A program made the translations under genes and the position numbers. DNA of 64,000 bases. It comes from a virus. The notes under the pieces are model-generated. The model was not told the origin of the DNA, made no database searches, and saw only the letters and a program-made list of their open reading frames with translations. The DNA is taken from the IMG/VR virus record IMGVR_UViG_3300025425_000012. The stretch is one strand, 5' to 3'. Each line of letters begins with the position of its first letter. Position 1 is the stretch's first letter. Shown piece after piece: positions 19,482 to 27,815 of this stretch.

Positions 19482-19770
19482 GAGTGAGCGCCTACTGCAA
19501 GCTACACAAAACCATAATAAATGGTTAAAATCAATGGGGGTTAGCGATGCTAATCCCCCTTGTACTTCTACAGAGCCTTATAAACTACCTAGACATAACG
19601 CAGTAGTTGTAAATAGTTCAGAATCAGTAGGTAACGGATCAAAAAAACCTAATTCAGTGTATACAGGAACTCAGAAACATCACGTAGGGCTACTATATAA
19701 CAAAGGTAACTATGGAGTTATATCTGCCGAGGACGCTAAAGACCCAGCAACAGGAAAGAGACGCACATGA
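19459..19770 (+). CDS. hypothetical protein
   Basis: 103-aa ORF, coupled. Confidence 0.3.
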   Translation: MPKNRRSKSERLLQATQNHNKWLKSMGVSDANPPCTSTEPYKLPRHNAVVVNSSESVGNGSKKPNSVYTGTQKHHVGLLYNKGNYGVISAEDAKDPATGKRRT

Positions 19771-20258
19771 TTGCTATTGATAAAATTGCATATAATGAGT
19801 ATACTAGAACCGTTGCATATAGCATGTCTAAGTATATTAGAACATATGACGATGCTTTTACTTTAGAGAGTGTACTCTGTGACTGGTCTACTACTAGGAG
19901 ATCTCATATAGGTGGTTGGTACAAGAACGGCCCTGGCATTAACCTAGCAATGACATATCTAACCAAAACTACAGGTGTTTATAAGTTTCATGAGTACCCC
20001 TCGTTTGCTAAGAGAGCTGACATTGGTAGCTTTTATTATAACAACTATAAGCATAAGGTCGTAGCAACTATTGCTCATGAGGTAGCTCATGCTTGGCAGT
20101 TCTATGATATGAAACATAATAAAATCAAAACAAAACCTCATGGTATCGAGTTTAAACGCTATTATAAAATTCTACGTGAGCAGTTTGTAAATCCTTACCT
20201 AGCAGATCAAGCCGTTCTATCTTATTTGTACTATAAAGATGTTGTTACTAGCAGCTAA
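19767..20258 (+). CDS. putative zinc metallopeptidase-like protein (HExxH)
   Basis: ATIAHEVAHAWQF contains an HExxH zincin motif. SprT/WLM-like size. Confidence 0.35.
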   Translation: MIAIDKIAYNEYTRTVAYSMSKYIRTYDDAFTLESVLCDWSTTRRSHIGGWYKNGPGINLAMTYLTKTTGVYKFHEYPSFAKRADIGSFYYNNYKHKVVATIAHEVAHAWQFYDMKHNKIKTKPHGIEFKRYYKILREQFVNPYLADQAVLSYLYYKDVVTSS

Positions 20259-20320
20259 AGGTACTTTCACATTTTTCTTGCACAAACTCTAACTTAGTGT
20301 TAATCTAAAAGGATAGAACT

Positions 20321-20560
20321 ATGGCAGAATACCTAGTTAGAAAGGTTTTAAATGAAATTGAGGTTACAAAATTTGAAGAATATACTCACCCGATTGCAAG
20401 TTATCGTATTAACTCAAGAGGTTGTAATTGTCCCTCTCGCTACCGTAGCTGCAAACATGTTACGATAGTTAAAGCTTGGAGAAAGCATGGAGAGATTATC
20501 GGGCAAGTGTTAGATGATGTAGGCAATGAAGTAACAATTCTTCCTGTTACTTTGCAGTAA
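20321..20560 (+). CDS. hypothetical protein
   Basis: 79-aa ORF with RBS aaaggatagaactATG. Confidence 0.35.
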   Translation: MAEYLVRKVLNEIEVTKFEEYTHPIASYRINSRGCNCPSRYRSCKHVTIVKAWRKHGEIIGQVLDDVGNEVTILPVTLQ

Positions 20561-20576
20561 AAAAATTAAGTTTATT

Positions 20577-20625
20577 CTTGCTCACTGCTTAAATATATGT
20601 TAAATTTATTATTATGAGTGCGGAA
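20577..20625 (+). promoter_or_regulatory. sigma70-like promoter motif copy (CTTGCT ... TTAAATTTAT)
   Basis: attcttgctcactgcttaaatatatgttaaatttattattatgag matches the recurring family motif. Confidence 0.4.
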
Positions 20626-20671
20626 TTTTCCGGCTTATAGTAACTCTTGCTTTTTTAAAAGGAGATAATAC

Positions 20672-21112
20672 ATGAAAGAAACATTCCCAAAAGCTTCTTT
20701 CATTGGCTTTGAGTCAATGCTAGAGAGTTTACGGTATACTAGTGAGCACGCTCACGATCATTACCCCCCACATAATGTGGTACAGACTAATGAGACAGAT
20801 TACTTTATCGAGATTGCAGTCGCTGGTTTTACTATGAGCGAGCTTACTGTAGAAGAAAAAAGTAGAACTCTTATTGTTTTAGGAAATCATGTATCAAAAG
20901 GTAGAACAGTTATCCACAGAGGTATCTCTACTAAAGGCTTTAAAAAAGAATTCAGATTGTCTGAATACGTTAAAGTCCTCGGAGCAAATCTAAAGGATGG
21001 AATCCTTGCAGTTCAGCTGAAGGTAGTAGTCCCCCAAGAAACGCGTCCTCGTAATATCATAATTGAAAACGAGGAAAATAACAATGGAACTAACACAAAA
21101 CGTCACTTATAA
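20672..21112 (+). CDS. small heat shock protein Hsp20 (alpha-crystallin domain, IbpA-like)
   Basis: YPPHNVVQTNETDYFIEIAVAGFTMSELTVEEKSRTLIVLG...LKDGILAVQLKVVVPQE aligns with IbpA [23 protein letters not shown]...LLHIDL. Confidence 0.8.
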   Translation: MKETFPKASFIGFESMLESLRYTSEHAHDHYPPHNVVQTNETDYFIEIAVAGFTMSELTVEEKSRTLIVLGNHVSKGRTVIHRGISTKGFKKEFRLSEYVKVLGANLKDGILAVQLKVVVPQETRPRNIIIENEENNNGTNTKRHL

Positions 21113-21290
21113 TGTCTCAGGATATGTACTAACTAAAATTCGCGCATTTTTTAATGCTATTACTGAAAGCAGACAACGCTCTGTAAATGTAGAAGTAGCA
21201 CGAATTTTGCACAGAGTTGAATACCGTAATTACGATTTTGAAACGGTACTCGAAGCTGTAAATCAGGGAGAACTACATGACCTTCCTTAA
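21063..21290 (+). CDS. hypothetical protein
   Basis: 75-aa ORF overlapping the hsp20 3' end. Confidence 0.3.
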   Translation: MKTRKITMELTQNVTYNVSGYVLTKIRAFFNAITESRQRSVNVEVARILHRVEYRNYDFETVLEAVNQGELHDLP

Positions 21291-21434
21291 TAAGCTTTTT
21301 AGTTATCTACCTAAGCCTAAGACAAATGAACAACTAGTCGAAGAATATCTTTCTAAGTCTATCGATCTAGTTGATTTAGAACGTAGACAGCGGTTAATTG
21401 ACCGCAGACCAAATCTACGCGCATGGTAAACTCA

Positions 21435-21460
21435 GTGAAGCTCTTCGGAGCTTCACTTTT
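21435..21460 (+). terminator. rho-independent terminator (GTGAAGCTC-TTCG-GAGCTTCAC + TTTT)
   Basis: Perfect 9-bp stem with a UUCG tetraloop followed by a T-run. Confidence 0.75.
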
Positions 21461-21492
21461 CTCCTTAAGTAGCAATCAATATAACTTTAATA

Positions 21493-21530
21493 TTGCTAAA
21501 CGCTTATTTTTACGTTATATTAAATTATAG
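21493..21530 (+). promoter_or_regulatory. sigma70-like promoter TTGCTA-17-TATATT (consensus copy)
   Basis: attgctaaacgcttatttttacgttatattaaattatag. Confidence 0.55.
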
Positions 21531-21544
21531 ACGATATAAAAGAA

Positions 21545-21794
21545 TTAACTGCTATCACTTTTGAAAAATTCTATTACTCGGGATTGTGGGTCACCACCTT
21601 TCTAGGTAATAGGTAAAGACTCTAATAAGCGGCTTCCCTGTTTCGCAATAAGCGGTGCCCAGATTAGAATTGTGATAGAAGCGACAGTTAATTCTTTTAT
21701 ATAGTATAACGCTTCCTGCCCCACCCCTCGCCTTCTAAGCGAGACCTTAACGGTGGAAGGACGGTCCGGGGTTCGATTCCTCCAGGGAGTACCA
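21545..21794 (+). ncRNA. promoter-driven structured leader / ncRNA with tRNA-like 3' domain (T-arm CGGGG-TTCGATT-CCTCC, ...AGGGAGT-A-CCA)
   Basis: No ORF. Direct repeats AATAAGCGG x2. T-loop and ACCA end present but no matching 5' acceptor strand found. Confidence 0.3.
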
Positions 21795-21798
21795 ATTT

Positions 21799-22404
21799 AT
21801 GAATAATATAAGTAAGAAAAAATGTATAGAATTAGCTAAAATCTATATAAGTAAATATGACTGTTATCCGGCAGCAAAAGGGTGGACTATTGATTCAGCT
21901 GGTTGTAGCAAAGATAGAATATACGCAAATTGGGGTAATTGGTCAGATTTTATTACAGAACTTAATATATATACAAAAGTACCTAACAAGCCTTGTAGTA
22001 CTGTACATAAGATTACTATTAAAAAAAGTAATAAATGTATTTACTGTATGGCAGTTATTAAAGACATAAATACTTACTGTAGTAATAAGTGCCAAAAGGC
22101 ATATGAGCGTATATTATTAATACAAAACTTTTTAAATAATGAGTATGTAGGAAAACCTCTAACTACTGGTAGCAATTCTTGGGTTAGAGAGTACTTATAT
22201 ACTATTAAAGGAAAAAGTTGTGAACAGTGTGGTGTAGGAGCTATTTACAATAATAAGAAGTTACTATTAGAGATTGACCATATTGATGGTAAATGTTATA
22301 ATAATACTATTGATAATATGCGTTTTTTATGCCCTAACTGTCACTCACAAACCAGTACGTACAAGAATAAAAATAAAATTAGTGATAATATAAAAAGGTA
22401 TTGA
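21799..22404 (+). CDS. HNH homing endonuclease
   Basis: CEQCGVGAIYNNKKLLLEIDHIDGKCYNNTIDNMRFLCPNCHSQT (HNH with Cys ligands). It sits between a tRNA-like RNA and tRNA-Leu. Confidence 0.7.
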   Translation: MNNISKKKCIELAKIYISKYDCYPAAKGWTIDSAGCSKDRIYANWGNWSDFITELNIYTKVPNKPCSTVHKITIKKSNKCIYCMAVIKDINTYCSNKCQKAYERILLIQNFLNNEYVGKPLTTGSNSWVREYLYTIKGKSCEQCGVGAIYNNKKLLLEIDHIDGKCYNNTIDNMRFLCPNCHSQTSTYKNKNKISDNIKRY

Positions 22405-22448
22405 GTACCCTAAATGCTCGATTTTAAAGCCGATTACCAGAATTACAC

Positions 22449-22533
22449 GGCCCTGTGGCGGAATAGGTAGACGTACCAGACTTAAAATCTGTTGCCTTCG
22501 GGCGTCCCGGTTCAAGTCCGGGCAGGGCTACCA
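22449..22533 (+). tRNA. tRNA-Leu (anticodon TAA)
   Basis: Acceptor GGCCCTG/CAGGGCT, anticodon loop CTTAAAA, long variable arm GCCTTCGGGCGTC, T-arm CCCGG-TTCAAGT-CCGGG, CCA encoded. Confidence 0.7.
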
Positions 22534-22566
22534 AACACACTACCAACTTTCGGAGTATTTAACATT

Positions 22567-22764
22567 ATGTTTGCTACTACAATTGATATGATTCAGGTAA
22601 AAACATTTGAACCTGATGAAGTACTTGGATGGAAACAAAGAGATGTTGTAGAGTCTGAATGTTGGTTTACAGCTTTAGCTTTTGTTAAAGATGCTTCACA
22701 ATGTGACTTAGGATTAAAATGTGAGATACTAAGTTGGGAAGTAACTATACAACGAGATAAGTAA
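22567..22764 (+). CDS. hypothetical protein
   Basis: MFATTIDMIQ... The listed longer ORF starts inside tRNA-Leu, so the internal Met is the more likely start. Confidence 0.3.
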   Translation: MFATTIDMIQVKTFEPDEVLGWKQRDVVESECWFTALAFVKDASQCDLGLKCEILSWEVTIQRDK

Positions 22765-22787
22765 TATATAAAACAAGGAATAGCTCT

Positions 22788-23156
22788 ATGGATATTTGTG
22801 AAATTAGTGAGTATGGTCAGGGCGATAAACTATTCTTGATTGTGCATAATCCAGATGCTAAACCAGAAATGCTCACTATGACGGGTGATGATGGTTATAC
22901 GTGGTCTAGAGAAGAAATGGCTAAGTTCTCGACTGTAGAGGAGATTATTTGTGTAGGCTACTCCAATATTGTTGTAGAAGGTGCTCAGAGTCTCGAAACT
23001 CAGCTTGAAGAAGATCCTACTTATTATTTCAAATATGGTTATAATCGTACATATGTTATCGGCCCCCATAAAGGGGAAGAAGAAGATGTATTTGCTACAT
23101 ACTCTGACGCACAAGAAGAAGCTGATGATAGAAATGAGGGTCAACACCCTTACTAA
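22788..23156 (+). CDS. hypothetical acidic protein
   Basis: 122 aa, Glu/Asp-rich C-terminus. Confidence 0.35.
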   Translation: MDICEISEYGQGDKLFLIVHNPDAKPEMLTMTGDDGYTWSREEMAKFSTVEEIICVGYSNIVVEGAQSLETQLEEDPTYYFKYGYNRTYVIGPHKGEEEDVFATYSDAQEEADDRNEGQHPY

Positions 23157-23170
23157 GAAAAGAGATTGCT

Positions 23171-23359
23171 ATGTTTACAGGCTACCCCAACGGTTTATAT
23201 ACTGACGAAGAAATTGTTTTGCTAAGACAAGAGCTTGTAGAAATGAATAGATTAGCAAGAATAGCTCGCGATGAAATCGGCGGTAGAGGGATGCACCCAA
23301 GAGTAGCTGCGATTAAAGATAAAATAAAAAAAGCAAAAGATAATGTTCCTGTAGCTTAG
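23171..23359 (+). CDS. hypothetical protein
   Basis: 62-aa ORF. Confidence 0.3.
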   Translation: MFTGYPNGLYTDEEIVLLRQELVEMNRLARIARDEIGGRGMHPRVAAIKDKIKKAKDNVPVA

Positions 23360-23422
23360 TTGGCCTAAAGCAACCCGCTCATAACGGGCAGACCGTAGGT
23401 TCGAATCCTACCGGGAACACCA
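23345..23422 (+). tRNA. tRNA-Met (anticodon CAT; could also be Ile2/lysidine or initiator)
   Basis: Acceptor GTTCCTG/CGGGAAC, loop CTCATAA, T-arm GTAGG-TTCGAAT-CCTAC, A-CCA encoded. Confidence 0.7.
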
Positions 23423-23438
23423 AAGAAAGAAATATACT

Positions 23439-23609
23439 ATGGAATTTATGTTTATAGGCGCTATTATTGGGCTTCTTACAGGTATTATAATGGGTGCTTT
23501 TGAGGCTCTAACTGCGAGAGACGGTATTTGGCCTGAGGTGTGGGCATTTATGATTATGGTCTGCACCGCTATCGGAATGGTTGTAGGTCTTCTAGCTAAC
23601 CTTATCTAA
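23439..23609 (+). CDS. small membrane protein (2 TM)
   Basis: MEFMFIGAIIGLLTGIIMGAFEALTARDGIWPEVWAFMIMVCTAIGMVVGLLANLI. Not in the supplied track (<60 aa). Confidence 0.3.
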   Translation: MEFMFIGAIIGLLTGIIMGAFEALTARDGIWPEVWAFMIMVCTAIGMVVGLLANLI

Positions 23610-23619
23610 AGGCTGTATT

Positions 23620-23802
23620 ATGACTAAAAATTATTTTTCAAAGTTACGTAACAGTATGACTCCAGAAGCACAGCTTCGCTCAGCTGAAAAAAGCAAAGTA
23701 CTAGCAGAAGCACCTGTATGTCAGAAATGCTATGTAAATATAGCAGACGTAGGAAGCAATACTTGTGTAGGGTGTGATGCCTACAATGAACATAACCAGT
23801 AA
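23620..23802 (+). CDS. hypothetical Cys-rich protein
   Basis: CQKC...CVGC pairs. Confidence 0.3.
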   Translation: MTKNYFSKLRNSMTPEAQLRSAEKSKVLAEAPVCQKCYVNIADVGSNTCVGCDAYNEHNQ

Positions 23803-23812
23803 TGGATAAAAT

Positions 23813-24175
23813 ATGAGTGATACAGATAAAGCGTTAGCAGAAGCAATTAAAACAGTTGCTCAAGCAAAAATAGCAGAAGCACTTGGCGGTGATGTTCTAG
23901 GTTCTATTATCGAGTCGGTAATGAACCATAAAGAACGTACCTACAATGGTGGCAAACAAGAAAAAACTGTTTTTGAAACTATGGTCGAAAATCAATTACG
24001 GCGAGCAGTTGAAGAAGCTGTTAGAGAATATCTAGTAACATCTAGTGTACAGATTAAAGAAGCTGTTGCAAAAGCTATGGAAGCAAGGACGCAAGACTTC
24101 GCTACTACTATTGTAGACTCTTTTGCTAGTGACGATTGGCGAGCTGAGCTAAAAGTCAGTATTGATCGCGATTAA
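23813..24175 (+). CDS. hypothetical protein
   Basis: 120-aa helical protein. Confidence 0.35.
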   Translation: MSDTDKALAEAIKTVAQAKIAEALGGDVLGSIIESVMNHKERTYNGGKQEKTVFETMVENQLRRAVEEAVREYLVTSSVQIKEAVAKAMEARTQDFATTIVDSFASDDWRAELKVSIDRD

Positions 24176-24357
24176 AGAATTAGCTAGGGATGAAATCTAG
24201 CTATTGCGCTAAGTAAGTGTGGTGTGAACATGTGTACTTAGTTTGTGGTTTCGGCTACCCAGTAAAGTCCGACATATCACATCGTCAATTTCTCAAGCTG
24301 TTACCACGTAAGAGTAACGCCAGGTGTAGCAACTGGCAATTTATAAAGTGATGTATT

Positions 24358-24591
24358 ATGAAGATTGCTGTTAGTACCAAAAATATAGAGTTAGGTATAG
24401 AACTGAACCAGTGGAAACGCTGTAGAGCAGAACGATATGTAGACTCATATATCGCGGTATTTGGTCCTCTGTTTTTTACTAGAACTAACCTACCTTTTTG
24501 TAAAAAAGCATGTAGTAGACTTTTTGATAAACTAAATGACCCAAACAGACCACTAAGAAAACTATCAGACTTATATAGTCGGTACGGTTAA
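24358..24591 (+). CDS. hypothetical protein
   Basis: 77-aa ORF. Confidence 0.3.
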   Translation: MKIAVSTKNIELGIELNQWKRCRAERYVDSYIAVFGPLFFTRTNLPFCKKACSRLFDKLNDPNRPLRKLSDLYSRYG

Positions 24592-24646
24592 ATAAAATAC
24601 TAGTAATGCTTCTTTAGCTTACTACTTACAAAGGAAATATAAATTA

Positions 24647-25441
24647 ATGAAATCTATTCTACTCTCAACCGCAGCTATTTTTACACTAGCTACGGCAAGT
24701 CTTGCACAAGGTGCTAACTTTTCTGTTGATGCTTTTGCACAAGGAAGTAATACTGTTGACGCCACAATCGCTGGTGTAGCTACTGCCGAGGTTGACGTAC
24801 CTCTTTCTGGTCAACTTTCTGCTACTGGCGGACTACGTTTTAATATTGCTACAGAAGCTGTAGACGGCTTCTACGTTGGTGTCGAAAGTGGCCTATTCGC
24901 CGCTACTTATGGTGACTGGAATGATATTTTTATTGTTACTTCCCATATGCGCTCAGTAAACGGTAATCCTGTTACTATGACTAGCCTTGCAAACCCTGCA
25001 CTTGCTGATACTCAGCTTACTCTAGGATATGCAAATTATGCTGCTATGGTCGGCTTTCAAAACAGCGCAGTAAATACTGATATTCAGAATGTACAGGTAG
25101 CTGCTACCTTTAACCTACCTTACTCCGTAAGTGCGGCTGTAGCAGTAGATTATAACAATGTCACTAACACTACTATCTACGGCGTTTCTGCCGAAGGTTC
25201 TGTAAATGTAGTTGATGTATTTGCTGCTGTTACTTATGACACTCAATCTGCTTATGAGCTAGGTGTTGGTTACGCAGGCTTTGATGCTTATGTATCAGGC
25301 AGTGAAGCACAGACTGTAAACTTTGTAGGCGTAGGTTATAGCTATGCAGTAGCAGATACTGCTGACTTGTGGACTACTGTTTCCTATAATACCGTGACAG
25401 AGGTTCCACAGTATGCAGCCGGTTTTAGTGTAGACTTTTAA
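24647..25441 (+). CDS. putative outer-membrane beta-barrel protein (porin/OMP-like) with signal peptide
   Basis: Signal peptide MKSILLSTAAIFTLATASLAQG. The mature part has alternating G/A/S/T/V/Y beta-strand-like composition. C-terminal ...FSVDF ends with the aromatic residue typical of OMP barrels. Confidence 0.4.
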   Translation: MKSILLSTAAIFTLATASLAQGANFSVDAFAQGSNTVDATIAGVATAEVDVPLSGQLSATGGLRFNIATEAVDGFYVGVESGLFAATYGDWNDIFIVTSHMRSVNGNPVTMTSLANPALADTQLTLGYANYAAMVGFQNSAVNTDIQNVQVAATFNLPYSVSAAVAVDYNNVTNTTIYGVSAEGSVNVVDVFAAVTYDTQSAYELGVGYAGFDAYVSGSEAQTVNFVGVGYSYAVADTADLWTTVSYNTVTEVPQYAAGFSVDF

Positions 25442-25448
25442 TCACTAA

Positions 25449-25522
25449 GGGAGTGTAGTTCAATGGTAGAACATGGGTCTCCAAAACTTATGACGAGGGT
25501 TCGATTCCTTCCACTCCTGCCA
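25449..25522 (+). tRNA. tRNA-Trp (anticodon CCA)
   Basis: Acceptor GGGAGTG/CACTCCT (G1.U72), D GTTC-AATGGTA-GAAC, loop CTCCAAA, T GAGGG-TTCGATT-CCTTC, G-CCA. Confidence 0.65.
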
Positions 25523-25536
25523 CTAAAGGACAAGAT

Positions 25537-25731
25537 ATGATTATATATTCACTAGGGTTTGTTATTGCTTTTATTTTGGGAGCAACCATGATGGAAAGAG
25601 TTGACGGGCGTATTTGTACTGGAGAGCCTGACTTTTTTGCAGCTTTCGTTGCTGCGTTGCTTTGGCCCTTTATATTTTTTATTATTGTCTTATTGTTTGT
25701 ACATGATTACTTTGAGAAAAAAGTTTCGTAA
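25537..25731 (+). CDS. small membrane protein
   Basis: 64 aa, two hydrophobic helices. Confidence 0.3.
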   Translation: MIIYSLGFVIAFILGATMMERVDGRICTGEPDFFAAFVAALLWPFIFFIIVLLFVHDYFEKKVS

Positions 25732-25733
25732 TA

Positions 25734-26002
25734 TGACTATTAAGATCATTTCAGAAGGTGGGTTCTGTCCTGTACAAATTGAAGGTACAGTAGATGGGTT
25801 GCCTTTTTACTTTAGAGCACGAGGATCAGCGTGGTCTCTAAGCATTGCAGATACAGCAACAGGTGATCCTCTAGATAGTGGCTGGTACTATACTCAGTCT
25901 TACAGCGATTTACCTTTCTCTGCTGGTTGGATGACCTTAGCTGAGGCTCGTACATTTCTTGAACAAGCTGTGCTTATTTGGAGAACACAAAATACTTTTT
26001 AA
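25734..26002 (+). CDS. hypothetical protein
   Basis: MTIKIISEGGF... The internal start avoids overlap with the upstream membrane ORF. Confidence 0.3.
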
Positions 26003-26029
26003 GATTTTCGGGGAGTTAGCTCAGAGGTA

Positions 26030-26171
26030 GAGTACCTGGTACGCGATATCAGGAGGTCGGAACTGTAACATGCGCGGCATTTACAAATATCAGCTGTAAC
26101 TTTTGTAAATGTGATATAACAGTAAGGGTTCGAATCCCCCACTTCTCACCATAAAGATTAATAAAAATGAA
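26030..26171 (+). tRNA. tRNA-like gene with ~70-nt insertion (Arg-GCG-like anticodon arm; possible intron or disrupted tRNA)
   Basis: Acceptor GGGGAGT/ACTTCTC (two G.U), D GCTC-AGAGGTA-GAGT, stem CTGGT/ATCAG with loop ACGCGAT, then an insert carrying a perfect 10-bp hairpin CATTTACAAA...TTTGTAAATG. The T-stem is weak (3 bp). Confidence 0.3.
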
Positions 26172-26349
26172 TTGTTTATACTGTAACCATATGCTAACTT
26201 CAAGATACGAATGGTTTGTGAGCGATACTGATAAAGATAATTGTATTCAGTGTCCTAACTGTAACCATTTCTTAGAAGTATACCACGAGTGTGGAGTGTT
26301 AGATAATTACGACTGTCTAGAAATAATAAGTAAATATAAGGAAAGCTAA
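26167..26349 (+). CDS. zinc-ribbon protein
   Basis: CLYCNH...CPNCNH. Confidence 0.3.
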   Translation: MNCLYCNHMLTSRYEWFVSDTDKDNCIQCPNCNHFLEVYHECGVLDNYDCLEIISKYKES

Positions 26350-26930
26350 TGCTACCTAGAACAATTTTGACTGACGTTGATGGAGTGCTTCTTAAGTGGG
26401 AAGCCCGTTTTCATGAATGGATGGCTTACAATAACTTTAATAGGGTTCATTCTTTAGACTACTTAATTCACGAACATTACTATGATGTATCACAAGAGCA
26501 AGCAAATAACCTAGTAAGACAGTTTAATTCATCTGGCTGGGTAAGTGATCTAACACCTATGCGGGATGCTCGCTCTGGTGTAGCTACTCTCGTAGAAGAA
26601 GGTTATGAATTTGTAGCTATTTCAGCTATGGGTACACAGCCTTATTGCAAGATGCTAAGAACTATGAACTTAGAAGCTGTTTTTGGAAAAAACGTATTTA
26701 AGGATATAATCTTAACTTCTGATTCCGAAGATAAGCGTGATGCACTTAGCGTATATAAAGACTCTGGTTGTGTATGGCTCGAAGATACTTTCTCTAACGC
26801 TAAGACAGGTGTAGAGCTTGGATTGAACTGCTACTTGTTTACACAAAAATATAATAAACAGCATAGTGACCCAAATATCAAACGTATTTACTATTGGCAG
26901 GATCTGTTTCCTGATTTGCTTAATGGTTAA
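26349..26930 (+). CDS. HAD-superfamily hydrolase
   Basis: Motif I LTDVDGVLLKW (DxDGV), 193 aa. Confidence 0.5.
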   Translation: MLPRTILTDVDGVLLKWEARFHEWMAYNNFNRVHSLDYLIHEHYYDVSQEQANNLVRQFNSSGWVSDLTPMRDARSGVATLVEEGYEFVAISAMGTQPYCKMLRTMNLEAVFGKNVFKDIILTSDSEDKRDALSVYKDSGCVWLEDTFSNAKTGVELGLNCYLFTQKYNKQHSDPNIKRIYYWQDLFPDLLNG

Positions 26931-27254
26931 GTATTTATTTTTAACTAGCTTAATTGCTTGTCTAGTGTTTGCATTTTGTAATGCTTTCACTTTTGAACTA
27001 ATCGGCATATGTATGTGCCTAAGTCTAATTACAGTGGCAGAATTTGTAGATAATGATTAAAGTAGAAGAAATCTTAGCAGCCCTAGAATACTATGTAGGT
27101 TTAGGTACCTATGAGAATATTCAATCTACAACACGATTGAGAACCTTACGAGCAGCCGTAGCACAAGATAGAGAGCTAGGCGTAGCAACAGCTAAAGCAT
27201 TGGGCTACACTGATATTAATTAACACTACCTACTAAAAGTTTTTAAAATTGTTC

Positions 27255-27292
27255 TTGCATGACGGTTATTTTTGCGTTATATTAAATTATAG
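27255..27292 (+). promoter_or_regulatory. sigma70-like promoter TTGCAT-17-TATATT
   Basis: ttcttgcatgacggttatttttgcgttatattaaattatag, 20 nt upstream of tRNA-Leu(TAG). Confidence 0.5.
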
Positions 27293-27312
27293 AAAGACAA
27301 TTAAGAGAACTA

Positions 27313-27396
27313 TGCGGATGTGGCGGAATGGTAGACGCACCAGATTTAGGTTCTGGCGCCTTCGGGCGTGGAGGTTCGAGTCCTCTCATCCGTACC
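27313..27396 (+). tRNA. tRNA-Leu (anticodon TAG)
   Basis: Acceptor GCGGATG/CATCCGT, loop TTTAGGT, long variable arm CGCCTTCGGGCGTG, T GGAGG-TTCGAGT-CCTCT, A-CCA. Confidence 0.7.
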
Positions 27397-27491
27397 AACT
27401 AAGGTTATTTTAAAGAGTGCTGTCTGGGTGTCTCCGCACCCAACACCTCCTGTGTACGTTTCCTTTCAATAGGCAGCACTCCTTTAAATAA

Positions 27492-27568
27492 CTCGGTATA
27501 GCGTAGTCTGGCAGCGCATCTGCTTTGGGAGCAGAGGGTCGTAGGTTCGAATCCTACTATCGAGACCA
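27492..27568 (+). tRNA. tRNA-Pro (anticodon TGG)
   Basis: Acceptor CTCGGTA/TATCGAG, D GCGT/GCGC, stem TCTGC/GCAGA, loop TTTGGGA, T GTAGG-TTCGAAT-CCTAC, A-CCA. Confidence 0.65.
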
Positions 27569-27632
27569 ATTAAAGGGTCAGTTCAGCATACCTTTTCATC
27601 GTTCTATGAAAAATGACCCTGATTTATAAAAC

Positions 27633-27707
27633 GCCTGTATAGCATTGTGGCAATGCAGCAGCCTTCAAAACTGACGTAAGTGGGTTCGACACCCTCTACA
27701 GGCACCA
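27633..27707 (+). tRNA. tRNA with anticodon TCA (reads UGA): putative opal-suppressor tRNA; amino-acid identity uncertain (Gly/Trp-like)
   Basis: Perfect 7-bp acceptor GCCTGTA/TACAGGC, D GCAT-TGTGGCA-ATGC, anticodon loop CTTCAAA (U33, A37), T GTGGG-TTCGACA-CCCTC, A-CCA. The anticodon stem is weak (3 bp: GCAGC/ACTGA). The anticodon arm is paralogous to the tRNA-Gly(UCC)-like gene at 28526. Confidence 0.45.
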
Positions 27708-27815
27708 ATTTTTAACCAAGGAGAACTTACTTATGTTGTGAGTATACGCGCCACCTTAATATATATAACAGTCTAACTATATCTACTGTTTAACATATAT
27801 TAAGGAAAAAAACAA

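Noticed and set aside
21545-21794. Possible tmRNA (ends with T-arm + ACCA)
   Set aside because: No G-rich 5' acceptor strand, no recognisable tag reading frame ending in ...AA-stop, and it is too short.
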